Source of the DNA: Nanopusillaceae archaeon
GTDB lineage: Archaea; Nanobdellota; Nanobdellia; Nanobdellales; Nanobdellaceae
Direction: 5' to 3'
NCBI GenBank assembly: GCA_038735675.1
Contig: JAVYNJ010000001.1
Coordinates: 1 to 32,000, forward strand
DNA: 32,000 bases
Shown here: positions 24,650-32,000 of the stretch, in pieces
How the letters are laid out: the number at the start of each line of letters is the position of its first letter
How positions within the stretch are numbered: the stretch's first letter is position 1
Made by a program: the position numbers and the translations under genes
Notes under the pieces: model-generated
The model's database searches: none
What the model saw: only the letters and a program-made list of their open reading frames with translations
Told to the model about the DNA's origin: nothing

Positions 24650-25374
24650 AATAATTCCTTTACTTTTTCACCTTCAATAATTACTGGTTTTTGACCAATT
24701 TTTATATAGCTAACAACAATTCTTTCAAAAGTGAAATTATCTTTTAGATGATTTTTTAATATATTTATTCCTAATTTTATTGCCTTCTCAACTGTAATAT
24801 TTTCTTCATACTCTTTTTCCAAAATCTGCATTATTTTGTCTTCTCCCTCTCCAATAACTATAGCATAATATTGATAATATATTCCTGAAGGATCCATAGA
24901 AAATATTTTTGGCATATCATCGTTATCAATTCCAGCAATAATTATTGAAACTCCAAAAGGTCTTACTCCGCTGTATCTGGTATAATATTGCATTATATTT
25001 CCTATTTCTCTAACTAAAGATAATAGATCTATTTTGCTTCCGAAGTTAATTTTATGATTTTGTGCTATTTCTCTGGCAGTATCTAATAAAACTCTTCCAT
25101 CTGGAATAAATCCAGCAAAAGAAGATATAATATGATCATCAATTATAACTACTTTTTCTATAGAATCACCAACGATTAATTTATTAGGAACTTTTTTATC
25201 AGCAACTATTACAATACCGTCCTTAGCTCTAATTCCTATAGCTGTAGATCCAGACCTAGCTGCTTGTTTTGCATATTCTACCTGCAATATTCTTCCTTCT
25301 GGAGAAAATATAGTGATTGCTCTGTCATAACCAGCTGCAGGATATGGTACTTCAAATTCCATGAAAAAATACAA
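24646..25374 (-). CDS. psmA: Proteasome alpha subunit
   Basis: It has the ..AAGYDRAITIFSPEGRILQVEYA.. signature. The start may be the second Met (MEFEV..). Confidence 0.93.
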   Translation of the reverse strand: MYFFMEFEVPYPAAGYDRAITIFSPEGRILQVEYAKQAARSGSTAIGIRAKDGIVIVADKKVPNKLIVGDSIEKVVIIDDHIISSFAGFIPDGRVLLDTAREIAQNHKINFGSKIDLLSLVREIGNIMQYYTRYSGVRPFGVSIIIAGIDNDDMPKIFSMDPSGIYYQYYAIVIGEGEDKIMQILEKEYEENITVEKAIKLGINILKNHLKDNFTFERIVVSYIKIGQKPVIIEGEKVKELL

Positions 25375-25385
25375 TATTAAAAATT

Positions 25386-25667
25386 TTAAAAAGATACATT
25401 ATATTCTTTTTTAAATTCCTTAATGGTTTTGTAAATTTTTAATACTCTAGCTTTTATTAAATATAGAACAAAAATTAATTTATACAAACACTTTCTGTTT
25501 ATTGAAATTAGGTCAAATTTATCATTGCTAAATATTATTTTTATTTTTGCTTTAGAAAAGTTAAAAAATCCAAAAAAATAGATGTATTTTTCTTTTATCT
25601 TCTCTTCTATATTTGGAATATGTTCTAATAATATATATCTTCTTTTAATTCTATAACTTGGTATCAA
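25386..25667 (-). CDS. Pop5 (Rpp14)-like RNase P protein subunit candidate
   Basis: The 93-aa product shows the Pop5 pattern: ..IKRRYILLE.. (RxRYI), ..FFGFFNFSKAKIK.. (G..G.AKA), ..LISINRK.. (..rC.R) and ..VLKIYKTIKEFKK.. (vsGTIK-like). It sits in the conserved position immediately upstream of psmA. The sequence is divergent, so this is tentative. Confidence 0.55.
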   Translation of the reverse strand: MIPSYRIKRRYILLEHIPNIEEKIKEKYIYFFGFFNFSKAKIKIIFSNDKFDLISINRKCLYKLIFVLYLIKARVLKIYKTIKEFKKEYNVSF

Positions 25668-25669
25668 TT

Positions 25670-26599
25670 CTACTCTTCTTCTTCTCTGTGCAATTTCTCT
25701 TCTATATCTTTTAGTTCTAATTTATCTATTAGTTCTTTATATCTATTTCTAATCGTTACTTCTGTTATTCCTGCTACTTCTGCAATTTCTTTTTGAGTTT
25801 TTGAAATTCCATGTTTTACACATGCAATGTAGATTGCAGCAGCAGCTATTCCTGAAGGACCTCTTCCTGCTGTTATATCTAAGTTTTTAGCCTTGTCTAC
25901 TAGCTCTACTGCCGTTGCAGTAACTTCAGGGGGAAGATTTAATATTGAAGAAAATCTATGAACGTATTCGACAACGTCTATTGGCATTATTTTTATTTTT
26001 AATGCATGAATCAAGTGTTTGTAAGTTCTTCCTAATTCCTTTTTATGGATTCCTGAAGCTTTTACAATTTCATCCATTGTTCTAGCTACATCATGCATTC
26101 TACATGCTATATAAACACAAGCTGCGATTACAGCTTCTATAGATCTTCCTCTAATTAATCCTTTTTCTACTGCAGTTAAATATAGCTTTAGAGCTGTTTC
26201 CTCGGCTTGTCTAGGTAATTGTAAGAAAGAGGACAATCTTTTTAATTCTTGTTGTGCTAATTTTAAGTTTCTTTCATAAGAGCTAGTAGATCTTTGCTGC
26301 CATTTTTTTAATTTTCTAGATAATATTCTTTCTTCTATATTTTTGCTTTCCGATTCTCCTATCTCTGTTATTAGAGAGCTAGCTATGTTAGAATATCTTA
26401 TCGCACTTCCCGTTCTTGATCTTTCAGAATCCTCTCTCTCTTCCATAGTTCTCCATTCTTTTCCTAAATATAGTACAGTATCTAATACATATCCACACTT
26501 TGTGCACACTAATTCAGATGTTTTTGGATTGTATATAAATTCTGTATTTCCGCATATAGGACATACTTTTTTTTCATCTTTAACGAGCTTTTGAGCCAT
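25670..26599 (-). CDS. tfb: Transcription initiation factor TFB (TFIIB homologue)
   Basis: The N-terminal Zn ribbon is CPICGNTEFIY..LVCTKCGYV. It is followed by B-reader/linker and two cyclin-fold repeats (..RGRSIEAVIAACVYIACR.., ..GRGPSGIAAAAIYIAC..). Confidence 0.95.
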   Translation of the reverse strand: MAQKLVKDEKKVCPICGNTEFIYNPKTSELVCTKCGYVLDTVLYLGKEWRTMEEREDSERSRTGSAIRYSNIASSLITEIGESESKNIEERILSRKLKKWQQRSTSSYERNLKLAQQELKRLSSFLQLPRQAEETALKLYLTAVEKGLIRGRSIEAVIAACVYIACRMHDVARTMDEIVKASGIHKKELGRTYKHLIHALKIKIMPIDVVEYVHRFSSILNLPPEVTATAVELVDKAKNLDITAGRGPSGIAAAAIYIACVKHGISKTQKEIAEVAGITEVTIRNRYKELIDKLELKDIEEKLHREEEE

Positions 26600-26621
26600 C
26601 TAAAATTTATAAATTTAATTC

Positions 26622-26628
26622 TTATAAA
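26622..26628 (-). promoter_or_regulatory. TATA box (TTTATAA on the minus strand) for tfb
   Basis: The box is centred about 26 nt upstream of the tfb ATG (26599) and is preceded on that strand by AAAG (BRE-like purines). Confidence 0.38.
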
Positions 26629-26672
26629 CTTTAATTTTTAAAGTATTAATTAAAAATAAATTACTTAAAGGT

Positions 26673-26679
26673 AAAAAAA
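26673..26679 (-). terminator. Candidate oligo-T terminator (T7 on the minus strand) after the 87-aa/262-aa membrane protein genes
   Basis: GGCTTTTTTTACC on the minus strand lies 52 nt downstream of the stop at 26731 and upstream of the tfb promoter. Confidence 0.3.
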
Positions 26680-26730
26680 GCCATTGTAAATATTAATAAA
26701 ATTTTATCTGACAGATACATATACAAAAGC

Positions 26731-26994
26731 TCAAAATAGAGTTAATAAGGATTTTGCTAACAGATATGAAGCAAAGACAAGTACCAATATTTTAATATTC
26801 AAAAATAGAACTATGATTGATAAAAGATCCAAAATATTTAAAAAATTTACTATGCTAAAAAAATTTTTTAAAGATAATATTAAAAATACAATTGTTTTTA
26901 TAGAAAATATGTATACTATAGGAAAAATTATTTGAATTTTCCAGAAACAATAGATGGAAAAAATAAAGTCGATTAAATTTAATAGTTTATACAT
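26731..26994 (-). CDS. Possible small hydrophobic protein (87 aa, about 3 TM)
   Basis: This ORF begins 14 nt downstream of the 262-aa membrane protein gene on the same strand. It is very hydrophobic and Phe/Ile/Leu-rich, which is also what random AT-rich ORFs look like. Confidence 0.3.
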   Translation of the reverse strand: MYKLLNLIDFIFSIYCFWKIQIIFPIVYIFSIKTIVFLILSLKNFFSIVNFLNILDLLSIIVLFLNIKILVLVFASYLLAKSLLTLF

Positions 26995-27008
26995 GAAGAA
27001 TAAATATT

Positions 27009-27797
27009 TTATATTGTTTCAGCATATTTTCTTAGCCAGACCACACCATATATTATTATTGAAGCCAATAATAAAAGAATTGGATGAATTATTAAAGAAA
27101 ATATAGATAAGAATAAAAGTGTTATTGTTGAAGCTACTAAAAAGGGTTTTTTGGTCATTAAATAGATATCTCCTATAGATATTCTTAGATACTTATAACC
27201 CATTTTAGAGGATATTAGTGGGGTTAAAATTAAACAGAAGGGTATTATAGAAGATACAGTATAGTAAAATAAGAATTTATACGTGTAATATGCAAATCCT
27301 ACAAAAATGGTTCCGAAGAAAGATAAGTATTTTAATATTGAAAATATGATCCAGACAAATATAGTGCTTAAGAATATTATTTTTGCTTTTTCTGAATAGG
27401 TAACTTCGAGATTTTTAGATTTTCCTAATCTCTTGCTTTCAATTACTAAAAAATCTAAAGAGAATAGAATAGGTATTAAAAATCCGGCAGAGAGAAAGCT
27501 AAATATCAAAGTTAAAACGTAACTAAGATTTATCCTTTTTTTCTTTTCAACAATTTCTTTTTTTATATGATTGTATGTCTTTATAGATTTTTCTATTTCT
27601 AATAGCTTAAAATCTACAAATAAACCATAGTAGGAAGAAACTAAGCTATAAACCAATTTTAATATTGTAAAAGCTACTATTGTATAAACTAGAGAAAATA
27701 TAAAGTTAGAAATTCCTATAAATATACTATCCCATTTATCAAAGGAAAGAAAGAAGGCAATTATAGCTAGATATAAAATAATTTTTTTGTCTAACAT
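27009..27797 (-). CDS. Hypothetical polytopic membrane protein (262 aa)
   Basis: It has about 7 hydrophobic segments with a charged loop (..KKEIVEKKKRIN..). There is no HExxH or other catalytic motif. It is divergent from lonB. Confidence 0.6.
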   Translation of the reverse strand: MLDKKIILYLAIIAFFLSFDKWDSIFIGISNFIFSLVYTIVAFTILKLVYSLVSSYYGLFVDFKLLEIEKSIKTYNHIKKEIVEKKKRINLSYVLTLIFSFLSAGFLIPILFSLDFLVIESKRLGKSKNLEVTYSEKAKIIFLSTIFVWIIFSILKYLSFFGTIFVGFAYYTYKFLFYYTVSSIIPFCLILTPLISSKMGYKYLRISIGDIYLMTKKPFLVASTITLLFLSIFSLIIHPILLLLASIIIYGVVWLRKYAETI

Positions 27798-27818
27798 AAA
27801 TATTTTCTTAAGTTTTTA

Positions 27819-27826
27819 TTTTTATA
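27819..27826. promoter_or_regulatory. Central TATA-like box (TTTTTATA) in a 52-bp divergent spacer, possibly shared
   Basis: The box is centred 27.5 nt from the lonB ATG (27850) and 25.5 nt from the membrane-protein ATG (27797). Confidence 0.33.
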
Positions 27827-27849
27827 CTTTTATATTGTAAATCAAGAAT

Positions 27850-29685
27850 ATGAATATGGACCTAACAGAGATATTAAAATTTAATACTACAGAAGAAATA
27901 AAAGTTCCTGATAAAATAATCGATCAAATTATCGGTCAGGATCATGTTTTAGATATAATAAAAAAGGCAGCTAACCAAAGAAGACATTTATTGCTTATTG
28001 GAGATCCAGGAACTGGAAAATCTATGGTAGCACAAGCTTTAGCAGAATTAATATCTGAAAATAAGGACTTTGTGAAGAATTTGCAAGATTTTCTAGTTTA
28101 TCCAAATCCAAAGGATGAATATCAGCCCATTATAGTTACAACACCTGCGGGATATGGTAAGAAAATAGTTGAGGAGATTAGAAAGAGAGAGGAAGAAAAA
28201 ATAAGAGCATATCAAATATATTATTATATAATTCTAATTATTGCAATTTTAACGCCATGGTATTTTTACAGTATTGGAAATATGATAATGGCAGCAGCTA
28301 CCTTTATAGGATCTATGATTCTTTTTGCAGGATTGTCTTTTTCTTTTCAAGCTATTCAAAAGCAAATCTATAGAAAAATACCAAAACTATTGATAGATAA
28401 TTCTGATAAAAAATCTGTTCCCTTTATAGATGCTACAGGGGCTCATGAAGGAATGTTATTTGGAGATGTATTGCACGATCCCTTTCAATCTGGTGGTCTT
28501 GAAACTCCAGCTCATCAGAGAGTTATAGCTGGAGCAATACATAAAGCTCATGGAGGTGTTTTGTTTGTAGATGAAATAGGTACATGGAGACCGGAAGTTC
28601 AAATAGAATTATTAACAGTACTTCAAGAAAAGAAGTATCCAATATATGGAAGATCAGAAAGAAGTGCCGGATCTATGGTTAGAACAACTCCTGCACCATC
28701 TGATTTTGTTCTAGTTGCTGCAGGAAATATAGAAACAATAAAACATCTACATCCAGCTTTAAGATCTAGAATAAGAGGATATGGATATGAAATATTGATG
28801 AACTCCGAAATAGAATTTAATGAAGAAAATATTAAAAAATTTGCTCAATTTGTAGCTCAGGAAGTTGGTAAAGATGGAAAAATACCCCATTTTACGAGAG
28901 ATGCTGTTATAGAAATAATTAAAGAAGCTCAAAGAAGAGCGGGAAGCAAAAGATATCTATCTCTTAGATTAAGAGATTTGGGAGGATTAATAAGATTGGC
29001 TGGAGATATAGCAAAAGCAAAGAATAAGAAATATGTGGAAGCAGAGGATGTTTTAGAAGCTAAAAGGGCTGCAGCAACTTTAGAAGAAAAAATAGTTAAG
29101 GATTATATCAAAAAAAGAAAAGAATATGAAATAATAAAGATTAGAGGGCATGAAGTTGGAAGAGTTAACGGTTTGGCAGTAATTGGATCTAGATTATTCT
29201 ATTCAGGTGTAGTTTTACCCTTAGAAGCTGAAGTTGTTCCAGGAAAGGGTAGGGGAAAGATATTTGCCACTGGAAATCTAGGAAAAATAGCTAAAGAAGC
29301 TATATTGAATGTTTCTACAGTCGTTAAGAAGTTATATAAGGAAGATCTCAAAAAGTATGATGTTCATGTTCAGTTTTTACAAACTTATGAGGGAGTAGAA
29401 GGAGATTCTGCATCTATAGCTGTAGCAACAGCAATAATATCTGCATTAAAAGGATGGAAAATAAGGCAAGATTTAGCAATGACCGGATCTTTATCTATTA
29501 GAGGTGAAGTTTTGCCAGTTGGAGGGATTATAGCTAAAGTTGAAGCTGCTGTTGAAGCTGGATTAAATGAAGTTATAATTCCAGAATCGAATAAGGAAGA
29601 TGTTCCAGACTATTTAATAGATAAAATAAAGATATCTCCAGTAAAAAATATAGAAGAAGTTATAGATATTGCAATAGCCAAATAG
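27850..29685 (+). CDS. lonB: Archaeal membrane-bound Lon protease LonB
   Basis: The Walker A motif is GDPGTGKSM. Two TM helices are inserted in the AAA+ module (..[33 protein letters not shown]..). The Walker B motif is VLFVDEI. The protease domain has ..[10 protein letters not shown].. (Ser) and ..GIIAKVEAA.. (Lys). Confidence 0.93.
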   Translation: MNMDLTEILKFNTTEEIKVPDKIIDQIIGQDHVLDIIKKAANQRRHLLLIGDPGTGKSMVAQALAELISENKDFVKNLQDFLVYPNPKDEYQPIIVTTPAGYGKKIVEEIRKREEEKIRAYQIYYYIILIIAILTPWYFYSIGNMIMAAATFIGSMILFAGLSFSFQAIQKQIYRKIPKLLIDNSDKKSVPFIDATGAHEGMLFGDVLHDPFQSGGLETPAHQRVIAGAIHKAHGGVLFVDEIGTWRPEVQIELLTVLQEKKYPIYGRSERSAGSMVRTTPAPSDFVLVAAGNIETIKHLHPALRSRIRGYGYEILMNSEIEFNEENIKKFAQFVAQEVGKDGKIPHFTRDAVIEIIKEAQRRAGSKRYLSLRLRDLGGLIRLAGDIAKAKNKKYVEAEDVLEAKRAAATLEEKIVKDYIKKRKEYEIIKIRGHEVGRVNGLAVIGSRLFYSGVVLPLEAEVVPGKGRGKIFATGNLGKIAKEAILNVSTVVKKLYKEDLKKYDVHVQFLQTYEGVEGDSASIAVATAIISALKGWKIRQDLAMTGSLSIRGEVLPVGGIIAKVEAAVEAGLNEVIIPESNKEDVPDYLIDKIKISPVKNIEEVIDIAIAK

Positions 29686-29688
29686 GAA

Positions 29689-31716
29689 TTATAAATTGTT
29701 AGGCTTTTTTGATAGATACTTTGTAGAATATAGAGGTCTATAGGGATATTTCTTAGTCTTATCTTTTATTTCTTCTATTAAATCATCAATTTTTATTTCT
29801 TTCTTTTCTCCGTTTCTTTTTCTTACATTTATTGTTTTATTCGTATATTCTTTTTCTCCTATAACTATAATGTAAGGAATCCATAATTTTTCAGCATCCA
29901 AAATTTTTCTTCCTAAAGTTAAATCTCTATCATCGATTTCTACTCTGATATTGTTTTCTTCAAGAATCTTAGAAATCTCTTCAGCATATTCTAAATATTT
30001 TTCTGAAATAGGTAAAATTCTAACTTGTACTGGTGAAAGCCATAAAGGCAACTCAGGTTTTTCTTTTTTTAAAGCACCATTAAATACAGCATAAAGATAT
30101 CTTTCTATGGAACCCAAAATTGCATTATGAATTATTATAACATAATTTTCATTGTTTTTTTCATCTATATATTTTATTCCAAATCTCTTTCCATTTCCAA
30201 TATCTATTTGTGTTGTTCCAATTTCTCTAACTCTCCTAAGAATATCTATTATATTATATTCTATGTTTACTACCCAGTATCTTTCTTCTGCAGGAGGATA
30301 TATACATACTAAAACAGGTTTATTTACATCAATAACAATATCTTTTATTAACCATTTGTAATTTTCATAAAATTCTGGTGATCCGAAGTTAATTAATAGC
30401 TCATAATCGTTATTTATTTTTTTAATTTCTTCCATTATTTTTTTATGCATGTAGAAGAAAAGATTTTTTGCTTCTTCTATGTTTTTACAAAATATATGAA
30501 GATCTGGCATAGTGAATTTTCTTAATCTGAATCCTAAAAGAAGTTCTCCTGGCTTTTCGAATCTATAAGAATCTGCTATCTCTAGCATACCAAATGGAAG
30601 ATTTTTCTGAGAGAGTATTACATCTTTAGCTATAGAAAATTGTTGAAAACATGCAGCATATCTTAGAACAAAGTTAGATTTATCTGTTTCAACTTCATAC
30701 ATCCTTTCTCCAAATAATTTTGCATGTTTAGAAACTGGTCCCTCTTTTAAATCAAACATATTTGTTCCTTTAACTATATATATTGGAATATCCAAATTTT
30801 TAGATATTTCAATGGCGTAATCTGCTACTAAATCTGTTAATAGAGCGGCATATGGCTTATATCTCATATGTCCATAATCAGAATAAGGTTCCCACTCGAA
30901 TCCAAACTTTTCTAAAGATTCTCTTATAATATTTTCATGAGATTCTAAATATTCTTTTCCTAATGCTTCTTTTTCTATTAATATTTTGAAATCTTCGCTA
31001 AAGCTATTTTTATCTATTTTTAAATTTCCGTTTATGTCTTTTGAACATATATCATTAATATTTTGTAAATTGGATATAGCATCAGGCCATTTCATTATTT
31101 CTAATTTGTCATCTAAGTCTTTTGTTATAAGATATTCTCTACCATCTGGATATACTATTAGAAATCTCTTTTTTAGCTTTTTTTCTTCAATTTCCTTCTT
31201 TTTTTCTTCTTTAATCTTAATTACAACATAATCATTCTCTCTCTGAACCACATATGTGCTATCTAAAAATTTTAAAATATCTAAGAGATATTCTGAAACA
31301 TCTATATCTTTATAAAGTTGTCTAGATAATTCTGAAAGGGGATGACCCTTTATTTTTATTTCGAAAGATTTATACCATCCAAATGGTATTCTATAAACAT
31401 CGTAGCCTTTTTCTTTTAATTTTTCTTCTAAATTTCTTAATAGTTTTAAACTTTCTTCAGGATTTTTTGGAAATGCTGTTAAGTGAACATAAGGATATAA
31501 AACAATTTTATTGACCTTTAATTTTTTTGAAACATTAACTATCTCATCAACAGATTTTGCAGTAGTGTTTAGATTATCGTATTTTTCTATAGAGATAAAG
31601 CAAACAAGGCAGTCTTCTATATTTATTTCTTTATCTACTATTTCCTCGGCTTCCTCAATTGCTTTTTTATTTATATAAACTTTTATATAGTCAGAGTGAA
31701 GAAAAAGTATTTTCAT
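29689..31716 (-). CDS. thrS: Threonyl-tRNA synthetase, archaeal form with an N-terminal DTD-like editing domain
   Basis: The N-terminus MKILFLHSDYIKVY.. is the archaeal ThrRS editing-domain start. A class II core (..FRLRKFTMPDLH.., ..IIIHNAILGSIERY..) and a C-terminal anticodon-binding domain follow. Confidence 0.92.
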   Translation of the reverse strand: MKILFLHSDYIKVYINKKAIEEAEEIVDKEINIEDCLVCFISIEKYDNLNTTAKSVDEIVNVSKKLKVNKIVLYPYVHLTAFPKNPEESLKLLRNLEEKLKEKGYDVYRIPFGWYKSFEIKIKGHPLSELSRQLYKDIDVSEYLLDILKFLDSTYVVQRENDYVVIKIKEEKKKEIEEKKLKKRFLIVYPDGREYLITKDLDDKLEIMKWPDAISNLQNINDICSKDINGNLKIDKNSFSEDFKILIEKEALGKEYLESHENIIRESLEKFGFEWEPYSDYGHMRYKPYAALLTDLVADYAIEISKNLDIPIYIVKGTNMFDLKEGPVSKHAKLFGERMYEVETDKSNFVLRYAACFQQFSIAKDVILSQKNLPFGMLEIADSYRFEKPGELLLGFRLRKFTMPDLHIFCKNIEEAKNLFFYMHKKIMEEIKKINNDYELLINFGSPEFYENYKWLIKDIVIDVNKPVLVCIYPPAEERYWVVNIEYNIIDILRRVREIGTTQIDIGNGKRFGIKYIDEKNNENYVIIIHNAILGSIERYLYAVFNGALKKEKPELPLWLSPVQVRILPISEKYLEYAEEISKILEENNIRVEIDDRDLTLGRKILDAEKLWIPYIIVIGEKEYTNKTINVRKRNGEKKEIKIDDLIEEIKDKTKKYPYRPLYSTKYLSKKPNNL

Positions 31717-31736
31717 TAATAAGGATTTTAGGAAAG

Positions 31737-31748
31737 TTTATATAAAAT
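31737..31748 (-). promoter_or_regulatory. Near-palindromic TATA element (TTTATATAAAAT) upstream of thrS
   Basis: The TTATATAA core is centred about 25.5 nt upstream of the thrS ATG (31716). Confidence 0.38.
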
Positions 31749-31753
31749 TAACA

Positions 31754-31761
31754 TTTAAAAT
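31754..31761 (+). promoter_or_regulatory. TATA-like box (TTTAAAAT) upstream of rps24e
   Basis: The box is centred 28.5 nt upstream of the ATG at 31786. Confidence 0.33.
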
Positions 31762-31785
31762 TCTTTTTTAATTTATAATGGATCT

Positions 31786-32000
31786 ATGGAAATAAAAATA
31801 ATTGAAAGAAATGAAAATAAAATTCTAGATAGAGATGAAATATATGCTATAATAGAACACAAAAATGAGGCTACTCCGAAAAGAGAAGATATAAAGAAGA
31901 AGATAGCGGCAATGATTGGAGCGGATGAAAATCTCGTGGTTATAAAAAAAATATTGAGTTTTTATAACCAACAAAAATCTAGAGTTTGGGTAAATGTTTA
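31786..32000 (+). CDS. rps24e: Ribosomal protein S24e (3'-truncated by the window edge)
   Basis: This ORF is not in the ORF track because no stop is reached. My translation is MEIKIIERNENKILDRDEIYAIIEHKNEATPKREDIKKKIAAMIGADENLVVIKKILSFYNQQKSRVWVNV.., which matches the archaeal S24e pattern (MEI.i....N.lL.R.E......H....TP.r.e....a.....). Confidence 0.85.
   Translation, partial: MEIKIIERNENKILDRDEIYAIIEHKNEATPKREDIKKKIAAMIGADENLVVIKKILSFYNQQKSRVWVNV

Noticed and set aside
27009-27797. The polytopic membrane protein considered as a site-2 (M50) or rhomboid-type intramembrane protease partner of LonB.
   Set aside because: There is no HExxH, no LDG-type motif and no GxSG rhomboid motif, so only a generic membrane-protein call is justified.
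24224-31231. ORFs at 24224-24442, 24297-24626, 26343-26594, 30127-30312, 30152-30361 and 30986-31231 (+).
   Set aside because: They are antisense to SBDS, tfb and thrS, all of which have strong homology support.
1-32000. Looked for CRISPR repeats, IS/transposase, integrase, toxin-antitoxin pairs and defence-island signatures.
   Set aside because: None were found by eye. Every ORF longer than 150 aa is either a recognisable housekeeping or metabolic gene or a membrane/hypothetical protein without nuclease or recombinase motifs. A computational repeat search is still advisable.

Overview
This is a very AT-rich (roughly one quarter G+C by eye), extremely compact archaeal window. By my tally only about 0.8 kb of 32 kb lies outside genes, and many neighbours overlap by 4-8 nt (ATGA-type).

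Content:
- Core information-processing genes: archaeal DnaG, TFB, AlaRS, class I LysRS, ThrRS with the archaeal editing domain, ribosomal proteins P1/L12e and S24e, SBDS, proteasome alpha and a Pop5-like ORF.
- tRNA-modification genes: Taw3, a TtuA/NcsA-type PP-loop thiolase and TrmY.
- Other housekeeping genes: LonB plus a second membrane-anchored Lon-domain protease, archaeal adenylate kinase, CTP synthase and a YjbQ-family protein.
- Three intron-less, very GC-rich tRNAs with no encoded CCA: Arg-GCG, Pro-GGG and Thr-GGU.

The accessory-looking part is a gluconeogenesis/glycogen set:
- FBP aldolase/phosphatase at 2953-4071.
- A 7 kb island (16584-23966) with a GDE-type debranching enzyme, a GlgA-like GT-B transferase, a GH57 enzyme and a eukaryote-type GT3 glycogen synthase.
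- The GT3 synthase is translationally coupled to a MinD/ParA-type ATPase, a 97-aa ORF and a membrane protein.

GC-rich tRNAs in an AT-rich, tiny-intergenic genome suggest a thermophilic, genome-reduced DPANN archaeon of nanoarchaeotal type. That lineage call is inference, not proof. I saw no CRISPR array, IS element, integrase, rRNA or obvious long repeat.

The best candidates for something new are:
- the MinD-like/small-ORF/GT3 synthase/membrane-protein operon;
- the Pop5-like ORF together with a tRNA pair separated by only 9 nt;
- the very regular placement of TATA-like boxes about 26-28 nt upstream of start codons, including two 52-bp divergent spacers that each hold one central box.
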